Below the pieces are notes generated by a model. That model ran no database searches. It was not told the DNA's origin and saw only the letters and a list, made by a program, of their open reading frames with translations. The position numbers and the translations under genes were made by a program. Source: Planctomycetota bacterium (GTDB lineage: Bacteria > Planctomycetota > GCA-002687715 > DRQF01). Taken from it: a DNA stretch of 20,802 nucleotides. Positions within the stretch are counted from its first letter, which is position 1. Every line of letters begins with the position of its first letter. Of this stretch, positions 8,863 to 16,051 are shown piece after piece. Location: positions 1-20,802 of the forward strand of contig JALTLO010000055.1 of NCBI GenBank assembly GCA_027001995.1, written 5' to 3'.

Positions 8863-11800
8863 AGCGATATCTGGGAGCATTCAGCGCTGGCCTCATCGCC
8901 GCAGCCATTCTTTGGGCTGTGGAGCTGTGGCGTTTGGCTCATGGTGACGCCCTCTCACAGCAGCATCTCTCCTTGTTTGACGGCCCGGCTCTCAACTTGG
9001 CCAAGCAATTTCTAATCCCTGCAATTCTCACCGGTGGTAGCTTGCTCACAACCGTGGCCCTGCGCGATTTGGTTCACAAGCGCGTCACATGGCGTCGACT
9101 GATCGTACCCATCTTGAGCTTGCCGGTAGTTGTGTGGTTGGGCCTTGAGCTCTCCATGGGAACCGGGATTCAGCGGGCGGGTTTGGGCAGCTTCGTTGTC
9201 TTGGCTGTTCCGGTGTTGGGCACTGCCTTTCTCTATTTGTCTGTCCTCCTCTGTGAGGCTTTGTGCAATAAGTGGATCAAGCTCTCGGCGATTCTCCTCA
9301 TTGGAGTTGTGGTGGCCGTGGGCTATGCCAATCGCACGATGCATTTGGGGCGCTATCGCTCAGTTCATGATGTTTTAGCGGCCTTCGAATTCTTGGGTGC
9401 CGCCACCATTGTTCTTCAGCTCTTTTTTCTTCATCGAGTATCCTCTCGCAAACCTCTTACTTGCATTCTCATGGCGGTGCTGGGATTGTTCTTTTTCACC
9501 CGCGCGATGGTCCTTTGGCCCATCACGGGGATGCCCAATGAGACCTTGCGTCAGGTCTATGGTCATGACGGGTTTCACAGTGAGCGCCTGCTCTACTGGC
9601 GACGGAAGTTAGGTGCCCACGGTGCCCCAATCCATGAGACCGACCAAGAGCTTCTCGATGGGATTCGCAACTGGCAAGAACTTGCCGCCGACTATCATGC
9701 TCAGTTGGATCAAAAACTGCCGAATCGGCGAACGTTTAACCTTGTTTGGATTTCAATCGATACACTTCGCCCGGATCGTTTAGGGTGCTATGGTTCCGAT
9801 GCCGGGCTAACGCCAGCGATCGATGCTATTGCCCAAGAGGGTGCCGTTTTTCGCGATGCCTACAGTCAATATCCTTCTACCAATTTGTCCAGCGAGTCCA
9901 TGTTTTTCGGGCGCTATCCTCGTGCCACGGCGATCTATCGCGACATCAAAGGTGATCTTTCAAAAGAGGATGCAAGGGCTCTGCGGTTTTCGGCCTTGGC
10001 TAAACAAAACGGTATGCATACCACGGCCAGCGTCGCTTTCACCGAAGAGTGGATGCACAGCCCCCTGTTCGTTCGAGCACTTGCCGACTATGAATCTGTG
10101 AACGAAGGGCGAACGGGAAGTCCCAGTTTAGACGGTGAACATTTCGCAAATTCTGCCATCAAGACGATTGATAGATTTCGTGAAAGTCGATTTTTCTTGT
10201 GGTTTCATCTTTTTGATCCTCATCATCCCTATGATTTTCGTGAGGGCTACGCTAAGAGCGAAGGAGCGGAAGGGCGCTACGATAGCGAAGTGGGCTACGC
10301 CGATTCCCAGGTTGCCCGGGTGGTTAAGAAGTTGAAGGATACTGGTCTTTGGGACACAACCATCATTGTGATCAACTCAGATCATGGGGAGGCTTTCGGC
10401 GAGCAAGGGCTGAAGTACCACGGTTCAAGCTTGCATGAAGCACAAATTCGTGTGCCTTTGATCATCCGTGTTCCTGGGATGAAACCAACGCAGCCTCAAG
10501 TCATCGCCGAAAACGTTGACATCTATCCCACCATCGCGAGTCTCTTAGCTCTTGATGGCACATCGGAGAACCAAGGGACAGACTTAACACCTCTCATGTT
10601 CGACTCTGAGTCCTACGGCGATCAATTCCCCAGTTTCGCCTATGCCGAATTGCCTGACGACGTCGAGGAGCTTTCTTCCAGCGCCAGGCGGACTGCCATC
10701 TTCCGACAGGGCCCGTGGAAAGTGAGGAAACAACTGCTTCTTGACTACACCGAGCTCTATAACTTGGATGATGACCCTTGGGAGACCAAGAACCTTGCAG
10801 CGGCTTTTCCTCTCAGGGCCAAGAAGTTAACGCAACGTCTTCACACGATGGCGAAATGGACCGGGAGTTTTGGTCGTAAAAGGAGCAGTCGGCAGATTCG
10901 TCACGAGCGCCTCAAAACTGCCAAGTCTCAGTTGATTGCCAAATCACCTGTGGCTGTGGGGCAGGCACTCAAGTACATCGCACGCCACGACCTGTTCGAG
11001 CTGAGGAATGACATCTTCGCCTTGGCGAAAGGGCAAAATGTCCTCGACGAGATTCGTTGTGAGTCTCTAGTCATGGCGGCTCGATGGAACGCACCAGGGT
11101 GGCGAGAGCTGGCCCTCGACTGGACCTATTCTGAAAACCCATCTGCTCGCTGGTTAGCCCTTGAACTCATTTTCGATGATCTGGCTCTCACCGATCAGTC
11201 ATTCTCTCAAAATTGGAGAGTGGACACCTTGAGGGCCTTGGCCGAGAACGCCAAGAAACTTGGTCGAGGAGATACCGGTGATGCACTTTTGGCCAGAGTG
11301 TTCGTCGCCCTGACAGTTCGGCTTTCTGGGATTAGAGCCAGCGATGATGATGTTGAGAGTGATTGGCGCCATCTCTTGGATAGCCACTACGTCGACCGAA
11401 ATATGAAGCGTCGCTTGGTCTTGGCATATTTGGATGAGCTTGACCACTTGTGGCGATACTTAGATCTTTTCTCCGAAGATCGAGAGCGGGGGCAGTTCCT
11501 GAATGCAATTTGGCGTTCAGGTAGACGTGCCCCGTGGTTGGATGTCGTTCGCGTACTCATTCCTGATCGCTACCTACGGGAATCCATCAAGCACGATATC
11601 TTACGTCACATCTCCTTTGATTTTCCCATCGAGATCCAAAATGAAGTGGCTTTGTTTTTCTTAGCTGGTTGGGACCCTGGTTTTCATGAGGAAGTGCTCA
11701 AAGAGCTTCTGCCTCGGTTGGGTAAGCAGCGCATTGAGCATTTGCAAATTGCCCGCAGTTTGATGGTTGATGGTGATGAGCTACTCCACAGTGGGCATTT

Positions 11801-12833
11801 TGAAGGTGCCGTTGAGGCTTTTGGAGAGGCAGAGACATATCTTGTCGGTTTAGCGATCGCTCGCCAGGTTACCCTCAAGCGCATTAAGGCATTGATGCTT
11901 GCGGGGCAGGGGGAGTTGGCTGAAAAGGTGCTGCGCTCCCAAAGCCCCTACGAAGGTGCATTTCGCCTGCCTGCCTTAGAACGGGAATTTGAAGTCTTGG
12001 GCCGCTATCATCCTTCACGAGGTTTGTTGCTTGATAGCGAAAAAATCGAAGTGGAGTCTGTTGCCTTGGCTCCTGCCGCTGAGCGTTTCGTTGTTGCGGA
12101 CCAAGACTTATTCCTGTCAGTTGCCTTAGCCAACAATAGCAGTCGTTCTTTGCCCGGTGGAGCATGGGGTTTGGGTGGCCGCTTACGTGTTCTTTGGTCA
12201 AGAGATGGCAAGACGAACTGGGAATACGGAACGCAGGTAGACTTGGGCCAAGGGATCTTGCCTCAAGAAAAGTGGAAACAAGAGATTGTTGTTCAGGCTC
12301 CAAACGAACTTGGGCATTGGTATGGCCGCGTGATCGTCAATCAGCAAGGGGGAGCTCGTTTCTATCAAGTGGAAGATGCCAGAGGGCTTTTTGAAGTGAA
12401 CGTCGTTCGTGCCCACCAAGGTCCACCGTCTGGCTCTTGGAACCCAGTGGAGATGGCGAAGTACTTCGAGTTTGATGAGCGTCTTCGGGATCCCCTTGTC
12501 GCCAAACCAGGAGGAACATTGGAGCTGATGGCTCTCGGCTACGAAGGTGCTTTTCGAACGCCTCCCTTATCCTTCGATGGCAACGAGCATGAAATCACTA
12601 TCGACTATATTTGGGACTCTGCCATTGAGAGCGCCAATCTCATTCGCATCGATCTCTTACCTGCGGGAGCATTTCCTCCCGTTGATAGTCCTATCATTCT
12701 CAACATTCCCTGTGACGGAAGTCCTCAGAAGTTCCAAGCCAAACTCCCTCGTTGCATTGGCCTCTACCGCGTCGAAGTCTGGATCGGCTACCGCCAGGGC
12801 TACTTACAGCTTCAGAATTTCACCATCCGCTGA
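8859..12833 (+). CDS. Large membrane-anchored sulfatase/alkaline-phosphatase-superfamily protein (Thr-type) with helical-repeat, TPR-like and Ig-like C-terminal regions
   Basis: About 7 N-terminal TM helices. NLVWISIDTLRPD (D301), YPSTNLSSESMFFGRYP (T341), HLFDPHHPY, YDSEVGYAD, NSDHGE (D508/H509), YHG, RVPLII, DIYPT, ELYNLDDDPWETKNL. ATGA overlap with the GT4 gene. Confidence 0.85.
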   Translation: MKRYLGAFSAGLIAAAILWAVELWRLAHGDALSQQHLSLFDGPALNLAKQFLIPAILTGGSLLTTVALRDLVHKRVTWRRLIVPILSLPVVVWLGLELSMGTGIQRAGLGSFVVLAVPVLGTAFLYLSVLLCEALCNKWIKLSAILLIGVVVAVGYANRTMHLGRYRSVHDVLAAFEFLGAATIVLQLFFLHRVSSRKPLTCILMAVLGLFFFTRAMVLWPITGMPNETLRQVYGHDGFHSERLLYWRRKLGAHGAPIHETDQELLDGIRNWQELAADYHAQLDQKLPNRRTFNLVWISIDTLRPDRLGCYGSDAGLTPAIDAIAQEGAVFRDAYSQYPSTNLSSESMFFGRYPRATAIYRDIKGDLSKEDARALRFSALAKQNGMHTTASVAFTEEWMHSPLFVRALADYESVNEGRTGSPSLDGEHFANSAIKTIDRFRESRFFLWFHLFDPHHPYDFREGYAKSEGAEGRYDSEVGYADSQVARVVKKLKDTGLWDTTIIVINSDHGEAFGEQGLKYHGSSLHEAQIRVPLIIRVPGMKPTQPQVIAENVDIYPTIASLLALDGTSENQGTDLTPLMFDSESYGDQFPSFAYAELPDDVEELSSSARRTAIFRQGPWKVRKQLLLDYTELYNLDDDPWETKNLAAAFPLRAKKLTQRLHTMAKWTGSFGRKRSSRQIRHERLKTAKSQLIAKSPVAVGQALKYIARHDLFELRNDIFALAKGQNVLDEIRCESLVMAARWNAPGWRELALDWTYSENPSARWLALELIFDDLALTDQSFSQNWRVDTLRALAENAKKLGRGDTGDALLARVFVALTVRLSGIRASDDDVESDWRHLLDSHYVDRNMKRRLVLAYLDELDHLWRYLDLFSEDRERGQFLNAIWRSGRRAPWLDVVRVLIPDRYLRESIKHDILRHISFDFPIEIQNEVALFFLAGWDPGFHEEVLKELLPRLGKQRIEHLQIARSLMVDGDELLHSGHFEGAVEAFGEAETYLVGLAIARQVTLKRIKALMLAGQGELAEKVLRSQSPYEGAFRLPALEREFEVLGRYHPSRGLLLDSEKIEVESVALAPAAERFVVADQDLFLSVALANNSSRSLPGGAWGLGGRLRVLWSRDGKTNWEYGTQVDLGQGILPQEKWKQEIVVQAPNELGHWYGRVIVNQQGGARFYQVEDARGLFEVNVVRAHQGPPSGSWNPVEMAKYFEFDERLRDPLVAKPGGTLELMALGYEGAFRTPPLSFDGNEHEITIDYIWDSAIESANLIRIDLLPAGAFPPVDSPIILNIPCDGSPQKFQAKLPRCIGLYRVEVWIGYRQGYLQLQNFTIR

Positions 12834-12877
12834 ACCGGCCTTTCTTTTGGGCCAAAACCTAGCCCCCGACATTTGAT

Positions 12878-14044
12878 CTAACCTTCGAAGAAGACACGGC
12901 CTTCTTTGGCTCTTTGGACCAGGAAGGCGCCGATCTCTGGGCGCATGACGCTGGGGGGAGGGCATTCGCCGCGAGAGAGCATGGCGCGGACGTCTGTGCC
13001 GCTGATCTGGAGCCAAGCGTCTTCGTGAGGGCAAGTATGTTCGGTGACGATGGACTGACAAGTCTCGCACCAGCAGGGACCGTGTAGGCGCATGGGAGTA
13101 ATCCCCAACTCATCTCCGAACTCGTCGAAGATTTTATGGCCAGCGTATTTCTCGTAGTAGTCCCCAACACCGGCATGATCACGTCCAACGATGAAGTGGG
13201 TACAGCCGAAGTTCTTACGAATGATAGAATGGAAGACCGCTTCTTTAGGACCGGCGTAACGCATGGCTGTGGTGAGACCCGCGAGCATGGTGTTGGCCTT
13301 GACGTAGTATTTCTCCGTCAAGATTTCATAACCTTCCAGAATGACTTCTGGTTGCATGTCACCCTTTTTCTTCCAGCCAATCAAAGGATGAATGAGCAGA
13401 CCGTCTGCATGTTCGAGGGCGATCTTTTGCAGGTGCTCGTGAGCGCGATGACCCAAATTTCTGGTTTGGAAGCCGACGATGCGTTTCCAGCCCTTTTCGG
13501 CGAACTGAGCGCGAACCTGGGAGGGTGATAAGTCGTAACCTCCAGGGATGAGGCTCTCGGCATAGTCAATCAATTCGATAGAGCCAGCGATGAGGGAGTC
13601 GCCCCAGTTCATCATCAGGTTGACGCCAGGGTGGGCCCGATCTGTTGTGCCGTAAACCTTCTGTGCGTAATCGGTCTTGTCTATGGTGAAGATCTCGTCG
13701 ACCGTGATGATAGCGGCAATGCTGTCGTCTGCGGCATTGATGATGGCGGCATCGTCGCCCACTTTCAAAGATTCCGTGTCACTCTTGGGCGCATGAAAGA
13801 CGATGGGGATGGTCCAAGGGATGCCATCGACCCGGTGCATGGTGTCCAAGACTGCCCGCACATCATTGGAACCCATGAACCCTGTGAGGGGTGAGAAAGT
13901 GCCGTTGGCAATTTTCTCCACGTCCAAGATTGCATTTTTGTCGGCTAAGAGCTTGGGTAAGGTCTTGGCGTAGTTGCGTTTTTCGTCGCGCTGATCGGCT
14001 GAGCAAGCGCGATCGATCAGTTCGCCACCGAGTGGTTCGTTCAT
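12878..14044 (-). CDS. sat: Sulfate adenylyltransferase (ATP sulfurylase, Sat type)
   Basis: FSPLTGFM, WTIPI, FQTRNLGHRAHE, MRYAGPKEA, RKNFGCTHFIVGRDHAGVG, Zn-site-like CETC...CPH, ISGTDVR, MRPE. Confidence 0.95.
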   Translation of the reverse strand: MNEPLGGELIDRACSADQRDEKRNYAKTLPKLLADKNAILDVEKIANGTFSPLTGFMGSNDVRAVLDTMHRVDGIPWTIPIVFHAPKSDTESLKVGDDAAIINAADDSIAAIITVDEIFTIDKTDYAQKVYGTTDRAHPGVNLMMNWGDSLIAGSIELIDYAESLIPGGYDLSPSQVRAQFAEKGWKRIVGFQTRNLGHRAHEHLQKIALEHADGLLIHPLIGWKKKGDMQPEVILEGYEILTEKYYVKANTMLAGLTTAMRYAGPKEAVFHSIIRKNFGCTHFIVGRDHAGVGDYYEKYAGHKIFDEFGDELGITPMRLHGPCWCETCQSIVTEHTCPHEDAWLQISGTDVRAMLSRGECPPPSVMRPEIGAFLVQRAKEGRVFFEG

Positions 14045-15771
14045 TTTTTGGCTTCTACTTTGTTGGTTACGCGGTCTTCACGAATGCGAGGATAAATCTT
14101 CTCGCGGGAGATACCTAAGTCGATCAAGTTGTCGTTGTCGTTCCAGGCTCGGCCATTGGTCATGCAGGTGTTGATGTCGAATCCGCTGTCAGCGATTTGT
14201 TCAAACACTTCGCTCAGGAAGCAAAGCATGTTTTCTTCGCGCACCATCTTGCCCAATTGATCCCAAAGGTGACGGGCGCCCCGGCGAGAGATTTTAGCCA
14301 AACCGATGAATTCGCCGTTGGCCTTGTCGTCTGGGATGTCCTTGGAAGCTTTGACGACTTTCCCTTTTTTCACGATTACTTTTTCGTCTTCAGCATCGAA
14401 GTCTTTGCGATTGTCGATAGCCAAGACGATGTCGCCTTCGGTGGCGATGAGGTCTTCTAAGATAGAGGGGTCAAAGATGATGTCGCCGTAGCATAAGATG
14501 AGGTTGGTGTCGCGCTTTTGCGCTAACCACAAGGAAACCGCCATACTGGTGGTTTGATACCAAGGGTTGTAAACGAACTGACCGTCGTAAATGTCGGAGG
14601 CCATGTAGTGTTCAATTTGCCGGTTGTTGTGGCCGGTGACGATGGTGACTTTCTCAGAGCTGATTCCCGACAACAGCAAGTTTTCCATCACATGGTTGAT
14701 GATGGTTGTGCCTCCGACGTCCAACATGCACTTGTGCTTGTTCTTGGTCAAGGAGCCGAAACCTGTAGAAGGTCCTGCCGCCATGATGACGGCTTCAAAG
14801 TCCCGGGCCAGGCTCTCTTCCACAGTGCGGGCAACCTTGGACATGGTGGCGATACATTCTTCAGGGTAGTCGCCAATGGCAGTTTCTTCTGAGAGCATCA
14901 AGATGTTAGCCCCGTCTAAAACGGCGTTGGCCACATCGGAGACCTCCGCCATGAAGGGCAGGGGTTTGTCGAGCATGGAGGTCAAGAATTGGGAGGCAAT
15001 GATGACGGGGACTTTGTAGTCTGCAGCTTTCTTGAGCACCATTTTTTGGGTGAGTGGCACGTTTTCTTTGCCGATCTCAGCTTCTAAATCTCCTCGATCA
15101 ATCATGATCATGGCGGCGTCACTCAAGATCTGGTCGACCTTCACCACAGCTTCTGCGGTTTCGACCTTGGCGATCACTTGGATCTGAGTGCCAACCAATT
15201 GAGACTGAATACGGCGCACTTGCTCAACGTTGCGGACGAAGGACAAACCGACATAGTCGATCTTGGCTTCAATGGCGATATTGAGAAGGTCGATGTCTCT
15301 TTCGAAGTCGAAGGGGATCTCACCGTGGATGCCACGGATGTTGATGCCCTTGCGAGTCGCCAAAGGGCCACCGACATGAACAACGGTATGAATGTCTTCA
15401 CCCTTGATGGCCGCGACTTCGAGCTTGATGCTGCCATCGGCGGCGGAAATCTGGTCTCCCGCTTTAAGGCTCTTGTAGAGGGGGCGGTAAGTCAAGTTGT
15501 CTGGTTTGAGAACAAATGCCTCGCCTTTTTTGAGCATGATCGGCTTGGCTATGTTGTCGGTTCGGATTTTGTTGCCTGGGAGGTCGAGGAGAATCTCAAC
15601 CCCTTTGGGGAGATCCTTTTTGAGCCCAGCCACCATTTTCTTGACGTCTTCAAGTGAGCCATGAGCCCCGTTGACCCGGGCGATGTTCATGCCAGCGTTG
15701 GCGAGTTTGTCCAGCCAGGACTTGGTAGCGGTTTTGGGGCCGATAGTGCAGATAAATCGAGTCTTAGACAT
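14041..15771 (-). CDS. Fusion of divergent pyruvate kinase (A+B domains, no C domain) and LicC/PntC-like nucleotidyltransferase, 576 aa
   Basis: PK part (~15771-14805): CTIGP, ARVNGAHG, LLDLPGNKIRT, LSFVR, IAKVE, DRGDLEAEI, AEVSDVANAVLDG, MLSEETA. NTase part (~14800-14041): AVIMAAG, KCML, YNPWY, YGDIIF, EDEKV, GEFIG, WNDND. ATG 15771 (MSKTRFICTIGP) matches PK N-termini. ATGA overlap with sat. Confidence 0.9.
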   Translation of the reverse strand: MSKTRFICTIGPKTATKSWLDKLANAGMNIARVNGAHGSLEDVKKMVAGLKKDLPKGVEILLDLPGNKIRTDNIAKPIMLKKGEAFVLKPDNLTYRPLYKSLKAGDQISAADGSIKLEVAAIKGEDIHTVVHVGGPLATRKGINIRGIHGEIPFDFERDIDLLNIAIEAKIDYVGLSFVRNVEQVRRIQSQLVGTQIQVIAKVETAEAVVKVDQILSDAAMIMIDRGDLEAEIGKENVPLTQKMVLKKAADYKVPVIIASQFLTSMLDKPLPFMAEVSDVANAVLDGANILMLSEETAIGDYPEECIATMSKVARTVEESLARDFEAVIMAAGPSTGFGSLTKNKHKCMLDVGGTTIINHVMENLLLSGISSEKVTIVTGHNNRQIEHYMASDIYDGQFVYNPWYQTTSMAVSLWLAQKRDTNLILCYGDIIFDPSILEDLIATEGDIVLAIDNRKDFDAEDEKVIVKKGKVVKASKDIPDDKANGEFIGLAKISRRGARHLWDQLGKMVREENMLCFLSEVFEQIADSGFDINTCMTNGRAWNDNDNLIDLGISREKIYPRIREDRVTNKVEAKK

Positions 15772-16051
15772 GAAATAGAGTTCCCAGCAATAAGACAAAC
15801 AACGTTCGGTGGCTCTTATGTTAGCACCGCGAGGTGGTTTCAAGTATACCTCCAGCATCGGTTTCCCTGGGTTTGTTACTCAAGGAAAGATGTGGCTATC
15901 GCTGGGGAATAATTTGGCTAATTTGGCCAATGGCCTGTGTTTCTTCCGATTGTTCCAATTTGATGGTTGGGGGGCGCTTACGTAGGCTTCTTTTGCCCCC
16001 AGTGAGGGGAAATTTGACCTGGAAGCATGAAATGGCCATTGAGAACAGAAA

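Noticed and set aside
12834..12877. Bidirectional terminator between the sulfatase-like gene and sat
   Set aside because: Only a ~5-bp GGCCT/GGGCC stem, with no U-tract downstream of the stem on either strand. Too weak to call.
688..14044. DNA modification/defence system (phosphorothioation or 7-deazaguanine) suggested by sat and queG
   Set aside because: No Dnd/Ssp/Dpd-like, cysteine desulfurase, TGT or nuclease genes are seen. queG looks like the ordinary tRNA enzyme.
14041..15771. Phosphonate biosynthesis (PEP mutase-cytidylyltransferase fusion)
   Set aside because: The N-terminal domain has pyruvate kinase motifs and lacks the PEP mutase EDKx5NS motif. No phosphonopyruvate decarboxylase or AEP transaminase is in the window.
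12878..15771. Campylobacter-type O-methyl phosphoramidate pathway
   Set aside because: That pathway needs a PPDK-like glutamine kinase, an amidotransferase-like hydrolase and an APS-kinase-like enzyme. None is present; here the partners are PK-fold and Sat.
15821..15847. CIRCE (HrcA) element
   Set aside because: Only TTAGCAC matches. The second GAGTGCTAA arm at 9-nt spacing is absent.
15772..15858. N-terminal extension of the PK fusion given by the ORF track
   Set aside because: PK homology starts at MSKTRFICTIGP (15771). The extra 29 codons look like intergenic sequence.
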